Shown here: positions 41,980-59,410 of the stretch, in pieces
How positions within the stretch are numbered: position 1 is the first letter of the stretch
How the letters are laid out: each line of letters starts with the position of its first letter
NCBI GenBank assembly: GCA_964016885.1
Contig: OZ024747.1
Location: 35,278,001-35,342,000, forward strand
Length of the DNA stretch: 64,000 nt
Source of the DNA: Eledone cirrhosa
Taxonomy: Eukaryota
Direction of reading: 5' to 3'
Position numbers and translations under genes: made by a program
Notes under the pieces: model-generated
Seen by the model: only the letters and a program-made list of their open reading frames with translations
Databases searched by the model: none
Told to the model about the DNA's origin: nothing

Positions 41980-42685
41980 TAAATATTTTCGGCTTCCCTT
42001 TACACCAAAGGCACCCTTCTATCGAACAGCTTGCAGTACACCTGGAAAATGGCCAAAGGGTTTACTTCACCGACGCCAATGCTGCTCAGTTGGCAGAGGA
42101 ACTAAGGGAAACCACACTTACTGCCTTTTTCAAGCTTCTTCAAGGCGATATATTCGCACAGACCTTGCTATATCCTCAGGTTCCTTCCTGAAGAACGGCA
42201 GGCCAAGCTGTTGATTGATATCCAGGCATTAAGTTTGACAATTGCCTTGGGTGAGTTTACACAGTGCATCTCAGCGAGCACGATTGTTCCTATCTCCATT
42301 TACTATTGCATGGGGTCAGAGGACCACGTTCTTTCAACCACCTAAGAACTGTTGAGGGGTATGTGTGTGCCACATACAGGGAAGTATGCTTGAAACATGG
42401 TTTGTTAGAAGCTGGTTTACAGCTGGATGCAACTTTGTCAGAGGCTTCTGTATCACAATCACCAAAATGTCTCAGGGCTTTATTTGCATTATTACTGCAA
42501 TAGATAGAACCCTTAAAGATATCAGAGATTGTCATGCTGCAATTGGAGGTGTAACGCTTCTGTTGTCCGGTGATTTCAGACAGACTTTTCAGATCTTTCC
42601 CTAAGGTACCAGGGCAGATGGAGTCCAGGCGTGCCTTAAATGCTCTCTGTTGTGGAGACACGTTACGAACCTGACTCTTATGACC
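41980..42685 (+). pseudogene. Helitron RepHel fragments (Rep-helicase linker and helicase motif), internally deleted and frameshifted
   Basis: IFGFPLHQRHPSIEQLAVHLENGQRVYF...TTLTAFFKL; LLLHGVRGPRSFNHLRTVEG..CATYREVCLKHGLL; IDRTLKDIR...GGVTLLLSGDFRQ. Confidence 0.92.
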
Positions 42686-42910
42686 AAAAATATTTGTTGA
42701 CATGATAATATTCCTCTCTTTATCTTGCTTCAATGTTCGTGTCTGTTACGTTTTTTTCTCTCTCTCCTCCACTTTTTTTTATCCCAATAACCTATTTTAG
42801 TTATTGCTCGCACTAGATTGAGGTATCTATGAAGAAATATCTATGATTGCTAGCAGACAACTGATGATGGATATTACTCTCTTTCGCCCGTAACTTTTTA
42901 TTTTCATTAT

Positions 42911-43421
<511 letters not shown>

Positions 43422-43792
43422 CCACCAAAGCAGTGCAACGGTACTCGCATGGTCGTCAAGTCACTGACACCCACTTGATTGAGGCCACCATTGTAACGGG
43501 GTGCGGAAGAGGGGAAAATGTTTTCATTCCAAGGATGAAGCTTTTCCCCTCGGCGTCAGATATCCCGTTCGATTTCCGGCGATCCCAATTCCCGGTGAGA
43601 CCATTTTTTGCCATGTCCATTAACAAGTCACAAGGGCAAACATTGTCGGTGGCGAGCATCCATTTGGAGGAGCCATGCTTCTCCCATGGCCAACTTTATG
43701 TTGCCTGTTCCCGCGCAGGGAGCAGGAATGGACTTTTTGCTTACTCTCCTCAAGGGATGACACGCAATATCGTCTACAAAGAGGTGCTATAG
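43422..43792 (+). pseudogene. Helitron PIF1-like helicase C-terminus
   Basis: PPKQCNGTR...LIEATIVTGCGRGENVFIPRM...RRSQFPVRPFFAMSINKSQGQTL...FSHGQLYVACSR...TRNIVYKEVL*. Confidence 0.95.
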
Positions 43793-44777
43793 ATGTTGGT
43801 GAAGGTGTTGGAGCTATGCCGTCTGGAACACTATTTCCTGGACTACCCTAGTGATATTTAACTTTGCCATGCAATCAGTCATGCAATGACCCAGACCTTA
43901 CCAGGAGTCATATATAGAAGTGATTCTAATAAGACCCTGCCAGGTCCTGCGGGTGGACTACACTTACACAGATCATTGATTTGGAGATCTGACTCTTCAT
44001 GTGGAAAGTTCGGTGGGGGAACTCTATGATAAAGGGTAATCATCCTAATATGAACACCTTTAGTACTTCTTGATAGACTACACTGTAATTTATAGATAAG
44101 ATACTTAAATTTAGAAATTGTTTATAACCTTATATGATGGGAACTCATTTGAGACAACATTAATGTACTTTAGGATAATAAATTTAGCTATAGAAATCAG
44201 CTAGTTACCTTCCCTTACGCATTAACTCCCCTTAATCGCACACACACTTCCGGAATATAATACGATGTCATCTCTCACAACAAAAACAACCTGCTATATG
44301 GAATCGAATTAAAGAACGACAAGCAGTGATGTTCTAGTATGGTTCACCAGGCACCCAATGTTGAATCATCCTGGATTGTGAGATGGACATGTAGTCTATA
44401 AATTGCGTCTCCTGGATTGTGGGAGTGGTGGTGTGTACGAGGACAGTGGTGCTGTGTTTTGCTTCTCATTTGTAATATTTTTGATATTTTTGGTGTTTCT
44501 CCACACACGGGCTTCCATATCGTACAGGTGTGTGTGAATAATGTTTAACTAGTTTAGCCCCCATGATGCTCTTGATTGCCTGCTTTGACTGCTTGTTTTA
44601 CTTGTAACAATCTGCCGCACTATAATCTTGTATAAATAGAACACGCGTGCATGACACACGTGTGACTGTTGCATACACTGGCTACTCAAACTTTCCTTTT
44701 CCTTTATCTTAGTAGACTGCCAATGTTTTATTTTAATTTTAATTTTAATTTTAACTTTAATTTTGTCCTTTAATATG

Positions 44778-44998
44778 ACTGTAATCTTTGTATGTAAATT
44801 ATCATGCTATATTATTATAATGGATGTCAACCCTCTGTGGGTCAATATATACTTATGTTTCTATATGTCTCTTGTGTTGAAAAGGAGGTCAAGTATGTTA
44901 AAAATCACTGAATAATTGCTCCGAAGACTCCAAACCTCGGTTTGGAAGAAACAATTGTAAGCAGATAAATGATTTAAACAGAACTTTGTTTCATTTAA

Positions 44999-45034
<36 letters not shown>

Positions 45035-45820
45035 ATTGTTTCTACTTTTGGCAACATGCCAGCTATTATTCCAGTGTATTACTGGTAATTTATTTTAACA
45101 ACCCCGTAAGGATGAAAGGCAAAGCTAACCTCGGCGGGATTTGAACTCAGATCATAAAGGACTGTAACTCTATACTGCAAAGCATGTCGTCCGACTCTTT
45201 ACCGATTCTGCCAATTCACATAATGAAAATAAAAAGTTACGGGCGAAAGAGAGTGATATCCATCATCAGTTGTCTGCTAGCAATCATAGATATCTCTTCA
45301 TAGATACCTCAATCTAGTGCGAGCAATAACTAAAATAGGTTATTGGGATTAAAAAATGTGGAGGAGAGAGATAAAGAAACGTAAACAGACACGAAAATTG
45401 AAGCAAGATAAAGAGAGGAATATTATGATGTCAACAAATATTTTCGGTCATAATAGTCAGGTTCGTAACCTGTCTCCACAACAGAGAGCATTTAAGGCAC
45501 GCCTGGACTCCATCTACCCTGATACCTTAGGGAATGATCTGAAAAGTCTGTCTGAAATCACCGGACAACAGAAGCGTTACACTTCCAATTGCAGCATGTA
45601 ATCTTTGTATGTAAATTACCATACTATATTATTATAATGGATGTCAACCCACTGTGGGTCAATATATACATATGTTTCATTATGTCTCTTGTGTTGAAAA
45701 GGAGGTCAAGTATGTTAAAAATCAATGAATAATTGCTCCGAAGACTCAAAACCTCGGTTTGGAAGAAACAATTCTAAGCAGATAAATGATTTAAACAGAA
45801 CTTTGTTTCATGTAATCTCT
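44778..45820 (+). mobile_element. Composite: pLTR-J (44778-45003), captured SINE/unique/Helitron segment, pLTR-J (45597-45820)
   Basis: Direct ~220-bp repeats with HHRs at 44917-44963 and 45734-45780. 44778-45599 is the reverse complement of 42532-43421. Confidence 0.8.
45034..45219 (-). mobile_element. tRNA-derived SINE (duplicate of 42911-43096)
   Basis: Reverse-complement near identity, including the flanks. Confidence 0.9.
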
Positions 45821-47319
45821 ATATAACTGCTCTGTAAAACAACAAATGTTGTTACATTGAGCTATTTATCTTACTGGTAATAAGATAGTAATAAATTACT
45901 GTCTTTCACTATTTAGGGTATAATTTATATATAACTATAAGAGGTTTTAGTATATACATAACCATAAATAGTATCCTAAAATCTAAAAATTCCCTTAATT
46001 TACGGACCAATTTATTCAGTTGCTGCAGACATAGATTGAACTCAACTTTTAAATATAAATATAAGTTTAAAATGTAATATATTTACTTAAGACTTTTAAT
46101 TATTTTAGAAAACTTGGCGATAAATCTTTCGATTCCTTCAATTCTTTAAACCTTCTTCATGAATATATAATTAATAATGTAATTAAACTACCTTAAAACG
46201 GTGATTATCCAAATCTATTGAATAAAATGTTTAAGCTAGATAAACTTCTAGAATAAATATAAGAGCATCTGTAGAACAACCGAGTATCCTAAAGTTTTTT
46301 TTTATTTTTTTTTTTTTTGAATGATTTCTGCTAAATAGGTTTGGTGAATAATTTTGGTTTTGTTTGCTTTTGACTCTGATTGCTTCTAATAAACTTGGCA
46401 ATATTGTCAAATAAATTGGAGGGATTGATTGATATGCTGGGCACACTGTGTTTTTATTACGGCCCTAGATATTCTGGGGAGAAAAATATTCTTGGCGTTT
46501 TTTAATATTTTAATATAATGTATATTTTATGTATATATATATGTATGTACACTTATGTGTATGGTAAAATCTTTTTTAACGCAATGAAGATTTCCATGTG
46601 AAATAAAAATTTACAGAGCTGATCATGTAAACTCACATGTGTCTATAATGTCAGTTTGAGATAACCTTCTCTTTTTCTTTCTCTTTTCTCTTTTTTCATG
46701 AAAATACATATATACCTATGTATTCCAGTATTTTTTGAGGTTTTATCTCAGATTTTGATTATAAACCTATGAATTTTTAAAATAAACATAGAGTCACTAT
46801 ATTTTTTTCACACATTATTGATATGTGTCTCATTCATGAATATTGATGTTTACATTATAATTCATAGGAATTGATAGACTGATGAAACATAATATTTTAA
46901 AACTATCATTTTTGTTTCTAAGTATATCTCCTCTCCTCCTACCTCTACTCTTATATCGGCTGTTTTAACTCCATCTCCTGTATATCACCCCTCCCCTATC
47001 TCTCCCACCTCGTATAATAGATATTACTCGATCTACCTCTCCTTATTTATTTTTGTTTTTATTTCTCCCCGTATCCTTAACACTAAATAAATAAATAAAC
47101 AAATGAATAATTACAGTACCCCTTTCCCTCATAGATCTCTCATTTGGTGGTTTTCCCTTTACATACATTTCTTCATCTTCTTCACCTTCCGCTCTTTCTT
47201 TTTCTTTTTTTTTCTTTTCTCCTTCTTTTTCTTTTTCCTTTTTTCCTTTTTTCTTTTTTTTTTCTCCGTCTTTCTTTCTAACCGTCCTTAACATTTTCAC
47301 TACCGTAACAACTTTTTAA

Positions 47320-47490
47320 ATGGAAGTTGTAAACTCTAAGGTATGTCAAATTTATTTATAAAACTGTCTATATATTGTATTTTGTCTGAAGAGGGCATAC
47401 CATATTTTTAATATGATATCCCTGAAATATATATAATGAAATAAATATGGTTTTATAAATGTAATTTCCATTTGTTTAATATCGTATATA
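47320..47490 (+). mobile_element. Solo pLTR family B with HHR (47382-47439)
   Basis: gt-CTGAAGA-gggcataccatatt/aatatgatatccct-GAAA-tatata-TA-at. It ends in (TA)n. Confidence 0.8.
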
Positions 47491-47504
47491 TATATATACA
47501 TATT

Positions 47505-47627
<123 letters not shown>

Positions 47628-48327
47628 TTACTTACGTCAATCGAAATGATAACGACTAATTTCCATATTCCTATCTTGAGGTCAATTGTAATTTCAAATG
47701 GGTAAAAATAATAACTAAACCTTAGAATTCAAGTTCATAAAAAGTTGGCAGGGCTTGATAAATTCTCCAGTCTCTGAATAAGTATATTTCCTTTGCAATC
47801 CATGTGATACTAAATAATATTTACTTGAGATAGATTTAGATTATCAAATATTCTCTACTTACCTTTGTATTTTATTTCAATCAACATTTTAAATCCTAAT
47901 TTCTGATATTGAATTAATGTTCATTTAGGGAAAGTAATATCTAAACCCTTTATTTCACGCCCCACATTGCCTGCAACACCAGTATAGATGGCTAGCATAT
48001 ATTCTCTGACCCTTCAAGGGCGAAGAAAGGAACCTTCATGGAACTGGGCTGCTGTGTATTGATTTACGCCTGCATACAGCTGTAGGAGCTGATTGAATCT
48101 CATAGGGGAACAGACTATCGTTCTAAACGCATCGTGCTCGTCGTTCTCTTATCATTTCGAACTTGGATTGCCTAAAACAGGTAACGTAATTATGTAAGAA
48201 GCATCCTGATGAGATCATGACATTGGATTTTTCTTGGAAATGCGTAGCCTCTGCTGTCATCGAAATACATATAACGACCTTGCATTTAAGGAATTTTAAC
48301 ATCCGAACTACTTTGAATTTCATTATT

Positions 48328-48699
<372 letters not shown>

Positions 48700-48775
48700 G
48701 TCTATAAATAGATTTCATCTTTTGAATTTGTTTAGCAAAATGTCTTATCTGAATACGTGTTGTGAAACAGATATA

Positions 48776-49230
48776 TATACTTTGAGAGGTTCATGCTACC
48801 AATAAAAACTCACGCACCCGTGGGTTTTCACTCAAATACATTATAAATTTCCGGTTGGTTATTTCGATAATCGGATGGTTGTTTATATATTGCCAAAGCT
48901 CTTTTGTCACATATTCTGTGATCTCTTCGGTGACTGGGTTTTTATTTTGTATCTCTCCTTTGTTCTGTCCTACACCATCTTGTTTTTGTGTGTCGTATGT
49001 TGTGTGATTAGTGTGCGTATGCGTTACATCAGGGTGTTTCACACAAAGGAGAGACACAAAATAAAATCCAGTCACTGAGAAGGTCACATAATGTGTGGCG
49101 GAGGGCTTTGACAATATATAGATATCCATCCGGTTATCGAACCAACCAACCAACCGGATATTTATAATAAATTGAAGAGGAAACCAACTGGTGCCTGTGT
49201 TTTTATTGCCAGCTGGCCCTTCAAAAGTAT

Positions 49231-49235
<5 letters not shown>
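48776..49235. mobile_element. pLTR family C head-to-head pair (degenerate HHRs at ~48893-48935 minus and ~49071-49112 plus)
   Basis: Both arms match 37859-38160 in opposite orientations. Confidence 0.75.
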
Positions 49236-49278
<43 letters not shown>

Positions 49279-49845
49279 GCAAGTAAAATCTACCATTTTG
49301 AAAATCTGTGGAAATCTGTTAGAAAAAAATAATGTATACAGTCATTCTGAACATGGTTGAAGATGGTTATGTTTGCACGTCAACTGCGTACAGATACATA
49401 TAATGCTAAACATACCAAAGTATGTTACCATTTTATCGCTATAGTATTTGCTATTGCTTAGGAAAGCTTAACTCACGTTTAAGATGTGTGTATCATATAA
49501 CTAAATTGTGCTCGTTTGAAGGTTTTTGAATTGAATGTTCTACTTCATTATCTTCATTGCAAGTCTTAGGAGAATTCATGTTATATGTGTTGCAGATTGA
49601 AAGATAATTTTCTTCTTTGATTCACCTTGCTATGAAAATGCTATTGATTTTTCAGTCGAATTATAAATATCTTTCATTGTCCAGCTATTTTAAGGCCACT
49701 GTACAAAATCTGATTGATAATCTAATATATAGTCTTATAATATAAAACTACATTCTGGAGTGAAGAAATATTTCATGTGATCATATTTATTTACAAATGC
49801 CACAACCATATCGAAACGTACCTGCGCAAACACACGCATATAAAC

Positions 49846-49936
<91 letters not shown>

Positions 49937-50052
49937 TATATTCTTTATATTTGATCCCCGGACCACATCGTGTGTCGAAGGCAATCATGGCCATGAATTA
50001 AGCATCAAACAGCAAATAAACACGACCGGTCATATAACAAATGCTACATATA

Positions 50053-50235
50053 TTTGTTTCTACATTTGGCACAAAGCCAGCAATTATACCAGTGTATTAC
50101 TGGTAATTTATTTTATCCACCCCATAAGGATGTAAGGCAAAGTTAACCTCGGCGGTATTTGAACTCAAATCATAAAGGGCCGTAACTCTTTGCTGCAAAG
50201 TCAGACCCTCTACCGATGCTGCCAATCTACACCCT
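50053..50235 (-). mobile_element. tRNA-derived SINE
   Basis: Reverse complement of the SINE consensus. Confidence 0.88.
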
Positions 50236-50584
50236 TATATATAATGAGAGGTAACGTGATTGAATAAGCAGAATATTTGTTAGTAAACTCAACTAATTAT
50301 TATATACGACTGAAATAGCTGAAATTAATATTTGTTAATTATAGTATAGGAGATAAAATGTTTCATATGACGTCTTTTTCAGAAATGAAATCAGAAATTC
50401 TGACTTGAAACATGTACTGATGTGTTCGTTATTGGTTCCATGTTCAGAGGAAAATGTAGTTCATGCTTGATTTTTCTGCATCAACCGTGGGAAAATTGCT
50501 TACAATTATATTTCGTATGACCAATGCCATGTGAGTTCAATACATGATGTAGTCAATCGCAATATATATATCTATATATATATA

Positions 50585-52085
<1,501 letters not shown>

Positions 52086-52858
52086 AGGCAAAAGTTTAAC
52101 GGGCGAAAAAATAAATAAAAGTAATAATACAAGAGATGTATCAAAAATAAAAATAAGGGGATGTGTATAACTGTGTGTATATGAACTTACAAATGTACAT
52201 GTGTGTGTATGTACAAATGCATGTGTATAGTGAAAAAATGTGTGCGTAAGTACATACATGAGGGCAAACATATTTGTGTATGTGTGACCACAAATACATA
52301 TATATATATATATGTTGAAAAAGGAATTGTAAGATAATAGAGTTAGCGTACATACAGACTCAGGGACTAAGGGTTGAAATATATACACATACAAGGATGA
52401 AAGGACGCACGCGTATAAACATACACACACGCGCAACCACATACATGTATGTGATATATATAGGGAAGCGGGTGTATAAACTCAAAGCAGTGTCAGACTG
52501 AAGGTCGATTCAAATATAAAAATATAAAATATGATAAATTAATGAAATAATATATAAGATAAGAATAAAAAATTAAGGCAAAGAGAAAGTAAGTGGGAAG
52601 TGTTATCATATATAAAGTAACACTAGAAAAAATATAAAAATATAAAGTAGAAAACATGCATATATGCGAAAAAGCTCATACACACACACATATATATATA
52701 TAAATATATATATACGTACAGACAAAAAAACGTGCACAAATGCATACATACACATAGATGCATACATACATACATACATACATACATAAACACGCATACA
52801 TACACACGATAAACATGTATAGACATACATGCACATCTAATCACACGCACGCACGCGA

Positions 52859-52893
<35 letters not shown>

Positions 52894-53389
52894 TATATAT
52901 ATATATACATGTAAAAAACACTTATACGTAAACGCACACATACACACACACATTTGCACGTACACGCACACATACGAATGCGTTCGTATACATATACGAA
53001 CACGTATACACATATATGCACAGATACGCATACATATATAAAAACCAGCCGTATGAATAAATAGGTACAAAATATACGCAAGTATAAATACACAAAAGCG
53101 GCTGAGAGACAAGGGAAAATATCTGGAGTTAAAATTACAAGTGACATGTGATATCAGGTAGTGAAATAAAAGGGGGAAGTAAAATATGTAAAACTGTAAG
53201 TGAATCAAATAGAAGGGGGGGGGGGGTTCACTAGTGGATGTGAAGGAAAAATAAAAATAAAAATAAAAATAAAAGATAAGTGAAACTGAAAGAGAAGTCT
53301 GTAAAGAAGGTAAGTTAAGGAAAGTGAAGAACAAGAATTTATGGAGGATAAGTGTCTGAAAGTGGGTTAAGTTTATATGAGCTGGAAAC

Positions 53390-55120
53390 CAAGTGAGATT
53401 TCATGTGTGGGCAACTGGTGAACATTTTTGTTTTTGCATTTAGACAGGTTTTTGGTGTTTTAAGGTTCTGTAGAATTCAATATTTTTCACTTATGCAGAG
53501 TGCGCATCTTCTTTTTCCTCTTGCATATTCTTTAGATTGGCTCAAAATTGACCAATCTAATTTATATTGGATAACTTGTTCCTTCAAGTCCAATTTCTGC
53601 TAGCCAGAGCCGTTGTAAATCTTTTTTCAGGATGTCGGAAAGATGCGACATGTGAGTAATAACGCGTTTTGAATTTGTCTTGTGTCATACCCACATAGCG
53701 TTCGCTGGTGGCTGGTAGGTTGTTGCTGGTGGTTGTCATTTGGCCTCACATACAATGGCTTTGGTGTTGCATTTACCTTGTAATGGGCATTCACTTTTGA
53801 CTCTACAGGAGCAATTTTGATCTTCTCTGTGTGTTTTCTTATAAAATATATAAGATTTAATAGAGGGACCGCAGGAGAAGCTGATTTTGACAGTTTCTAT
53901 TGAAGATCTTATAGTATCTATGTGGTCTAGGTAAATGTTTATCTAAGAGCTCTACGAATTGTTTGTCTACATTAGTTTTAACTGCTAAAGAGTAGGGGGG
54001 GGGGGGACCGGATTAATTTTCTTTTCCTATTATTATGTTTAAAGGAGTTAGTATTGTTGTGTATGTACTTAATCGGTTCACTAAATCCGCTATTTTGAAG
54101 GGCTTTATTATAGTAGTGGATGCCTTATTGAAAATAGCTTCTGAGGAAGAGAGGGTGGAGATCCTACGGCTAATGTTAGGGATGAGATTTTTAAAAACTA
54201 TAGGAGCATGGCAAGAGCCTTTATTTATATATTTTAAATTTTCATTTGGTTTATGGTACGTTTTATAAGAAGCAGTAGGCAGATCTAGGTTTATATCTAG
54301 AAAATTAGCATTAGATGGGTTTGTGTCTATGGTAATTTCAAGATGAAAACCAGCGAAGGTTTTTATTATCTTTCCTGAATCTGTCTAAGTTATGGCCTAT
54401 AGTGGTATGGGTAAGTATTAGACCATCGTCACGATAAAGCCCAATGGTATGGTTAGGGAATTTCTCTTTAAGTGTGTAGTGGAGGAATAAGCCGACTAAA
54501 TCACACACGTCAGCACTGATAAAAGAACCCATTCAGACATCGAAGGGGTCCTCTGGGTTATATTTTTTTACCCGAGTATTATTATTAGTAAACAGTAAAA
54601 TATTTCTAGCATGCAAAATGATATTCTCTTCAATATCAAAAATATAGATCAACAATATAGCAAAATTTAACGCTTTAGTTAAAAGAGGGTGAGCAATGGA
54701 CGGGTAGAAGTCTCCAATGTCAAATTGGGTGAATCTAGAACTATTTTTATCTTTATTATTTTTAAAAGAATGTACTACAGAACAGCTATTTATTCATTGG
54801 AGTAATTTAGACTTACTTCTAGCATGTTTGTTTATGTTATTTAATATTTTTTTGTTAGCAAGGCCGATTTCAGTCGTAGCAGGGTTGTCTAATCTACAAC
54901 TGGGACGATTATTTAAATCGGATTTGTGATCTTTAAGAGTTATGTAGGCATTACCTTTTGCAACTTTTTCTGTTCTATTCTCTATTTGAAAAAACAAGCT
55001 AGATCGTTCGCGTCCTTATTAATAATATTATAGGTGTTTATATTAGCTATTTGGTATTTAGATGTGATGCTATCTGTTAAGAGTTGGTCAAGTGAGTTGT
55101 TACTAACTTCGTAAAAGTTT
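53390..55120 (-). pseudogene. Penelope-like element RT plus C-terminal GIY-YIG endonuclease, decayed
   Basis: AYITLKDHK..CRL.NP..TEIG; FDI.DFYPSI; MGSFISADVCDLVGLFL; GLYRDDGL; NFLDINLDL; CSCR..ECPLQGKC; W.IL....Y.RGKRRCALCISEKY. Many stops and frameshifts. Confidence 0.92.
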
Positions 55121-55122
55121 TA

Positions 55123-55238
<116 letters not shown>

Positions 55239-55248
55239 CATATATATA

Positions 55249-55850
55249 TTGTTATACTTGGGGAGGGTCATATTTGTGTAATATTGCGAGAATTAATAAC
55301 AGAACACACACACTGTTTGGTTGGTTTTAGCTTTTCGCTTCTGTGTCTTTTATATCGGTTAATTTAATTTATTCGGTCCTCATTGTTGCCATTGACTGAC
55401 CAACGGTCAAAAATACAGATACAATATAGACACAAACACATATACATAGTTTTCAAAGTTATTTCGTTGCACATCTGCAACATCGTCAGTGGTGCTATTG
55501 TTTCCTCCCGTTGCATTGTATTTTCTACGCCAACTTTATTTAGTCTGTTTATATATTTATTTATTTGTTTATTTTTATTTTTACTTTTGTTTTCTCTTTG
55601 CGCATGCGTTTGCGCGTGTGTATAGTGTTTTGTGTGGTCTGTGTTCGTGATTGGGTGACTGTGTATTGGTTAATGTATTCGATCTTTACTAGTGAGTGTT
55701 TATATGTGTTTGTTGTTATTGTGCTTGTGTATGTATTTATTTATTATCTATTTATTTATTTATTTATACTTCTCTTAGGTCAGTGTTGTTTGTTTGGGTG
55801 TCGTTGTTATTCCATTCATTTTTTCGCAAAACTAATATATATATAATATT
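55249..55850 (-). mobile_element. pLTR/3' UTR family C (same subfamily as 30575-30872), HHR-like motif at ~55453-55492
   Basis: Reverse-complement match to 30575-30872. Confidence 0.75.
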
Positions 55851-55985
55851 AGATAAAAATATCGTTAAAAGAATTCCAAATATTTTATTATGCGCATTTC
55901 AAAAACAAATATCATCATGGGATGATATCTGCGTTCTCATCAGATAACATAGGGAGACATAATATGAAGCTTAGAAAACACTTGT
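55850..55985 (-). mobile_element. pLTR family D with HHR (55885-55947)
   Basis: ttat-CTGATGA-gaac...gttttt-GAAA-tgcgca-TA-ataa. Confidence 0.75.
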
Positions 55986-55989
55986 ATTC

Positions 55990-56021
<32 letters not shown>

Positions 56022-56169
56022 GGTTTTTCTCTGCTTTGTTGATGGCGTACTATCTCTCTATTGTGTGTTACCTTTTCAACATACTGTATGTTAAAGAGCT
56101 CAGGATTCCTTCTCCTTTGAAAACATTATTGAAAGGGAATAGCGAGAGTCTATGGATCCAGTAATCTAT

Positions 56170-56220
<51 letters not shown>

Positions 56221-56278
56221 TATACATACATATATATATACACACACAAGCACACACTAATATATATATATATATATG

Positions 56279-56325
<47 letters not shown>

Positions 56326-56565
56326 TAGAAAGTGAGGTTTTTTTTACAAAATGAAAAATAACCGAGGTGTCCTACACGAGTGAAAGTATAAAGAAGAAAA
56401 GATGAAATCGAAGATGCAACTGGAGTCTTATTTTTTAAAAAAATATATCTATTTATTTGGTTCCTTTACCGGTTTCGCAGTTCTTCTGCTTTTCAAAAAC
56501 AGAGTTGAGATGGAGGGTTTGTGGTTCTTCTCGCTTCACACACACATATATATATATATATACAA

Positions 56566-56699
<134 letters not shown>

Positions 56700-56760
56700 A
56701 TATATATCTATCTATATATATACATATAAATATATATACATATATATATATACATATACA

Positions 56761-56795
<35 letters not shown>

Positions 56796-57000
56796 GTAAA
56801 GAAGAAAGTAAAAGATGGTTAAAAGAGTTCCATATATTTTCTTATGTGCATTTCGAATACATCATTCTGGGACAAACATTGTGTTCTCATCAGATAAAAT
56901 AATGTAAATGATACGAGGCATATTAACAGGATGATTTTTTATTCGAAATGCGCACAATAAAATGTGTGGAACTCTTTTAACAATCTTTGAATTTTTTTTT
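56796..57000. mobile_element. pLTR family D head-to-head pair with HHR (56839-56897 minus)
   Basis: 56800-56870 is mirrored by 56926-57000 (CGAAATGCGCA). Confidence 0.7.
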
Positions 57001-57145
57001 ATCATATATACTCCCGTTCTACCAACTGTTGAATGCTTCTTATCTTACATATGCATAGTTCTATTGTTCTACAACATTATTCACCTTCCATATATATAAC
57101 TAACTGTGGATAATTCTGTACACACACACACACAGACACACACAC

Positions 57146-58093
<948 letters not shown>

Positions 58094-58103
58094 CTTATAT
58101 ATA

Positions 58104-58156
<53 letters not shown>

Positions 58157-58296
58157 TAAAACATGTCTATAGAATCACCAGATAAAATATATACCATTTC
58201 CTCTCCCAATTAGCATAATTAACTATATAAAAAATCTAATAGACCAGGCTATAAGAATAAGGCTTCTATGAAGAAATCTCCAACAAATAACCGAGA

Positions 58297-58422
58297 CTAG
58301 CCCTTCGCGTCGGCCGCGACGGAATATTTCGACAGCGTAATCTCCCAGATACAGTCAATTAAACAGAATTAGGTGTAAAATAAACTAGGAGAAAATAGAA
58401 TACATTTATAGAAAATAGAAGA
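58297..58422 (-). mobile_element. Minimal (~126 bp) non-autonomous Helitron-like element
   Basis: Minus strand: A|TCttctattttctataaa ... hairpin TCGCG-gccga-CGCGA, aggg, CTAG|T. Confidence 0.6.
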
Positions 58423-58437
58423 TATATATATATATAT

Positions 58438-59410
58438 ATTGTTATACTTTGGGAGGGTCATGTTGCCAATAAGAAACACAGGCACCAGATGTGTCACTCC
58501 AATTTATTATAAATTAAATTGTAAATTTTAAAAAATTATGAATTTCCGGTCTGCTGGTTGGTTCTACAACCGGACGGTTGTTCATATATTGTCAAGGTTC
58601 TTTCGTCACACATTCAGTGACCTCTTCAGTGACTGGGGATTATTTTCATTGGTGCGTGCCTCTCCTTTGTTCTGTCCTACGGCATCTTGTTTTTGTGTGT
58701 ATTGTGTGCCTAGTTTGCGCATGTGTTACATCCGGGTGTCTGGGTGTGTTTTCATTTGTTTATTTATTTGTTTATTTACATGTTACTGGTTGGTTGTTTG
58801 TTCTATGTGTGTGTGTTTTGATTTTGTCCTTAATTGTATGTTGTGATGTTTCTATTCCATTCATGTTTTCCATTTCTTTTGGGTGGAGTTCATTTATGTT
58901 TATTGCCTCTGTGATTTGTCTAAACATTGCGTCTTTTCTGTGTGTAGATTTTATTTTTATTTCTATGTTCGCTAATTTGCCCTTATGTTCTATTTTAGCA
59001 TGTTGGTGGAGCATTGAGGATTAATTTCTATCTTGACGCCCTAACCAGTGTTCATTTAATCGTTCTCCTATACTACGAGCTGTCTCACCTATGTACACTA
59101 TATTCTTATATTTACATTGTCCTTCAGTACATCTTATGCTATATACTATGTTTCCTACTTAAACATACTTATAGTAATGATTATCTAGATACCATTACCT
59201 CAATGACTAAGAAAACCCACACAGAACGATGGAACGTGTGGACCAGAATGATACGGACCCTCGAAAACCAAGATGAACTAAAGAAAATGATTGCACATAC
59301 GGTGGGGGCCAGTATAAAACTAACCCTTAAGGAACATATGTTCAAATTTAATGGAAAATCATATGTCCAAGAGGATGAAGCAGCCATTGGTATTAGCATT
59401 GCAGGTGACA
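58438..59410 (-). mobile_element. Family C PLE: pLTR with HHR (58591-58633) and decayed GIY-YIG (minus), joined to an inverted RT fragment (59160-59410, plus)
   Basis: Paralogous to 37859-38580. The plus-strand piece LKEHMFKFNGKSYVQEDEAAIGISIAGD resembles the PLE RT motif Y.Q..G.A.G. Confidence 0.85.

Noticed and set aside
47043-47300. Lys/Glu-rich ORF
   Set aside because: Low-complexity polypyrimidine tract.
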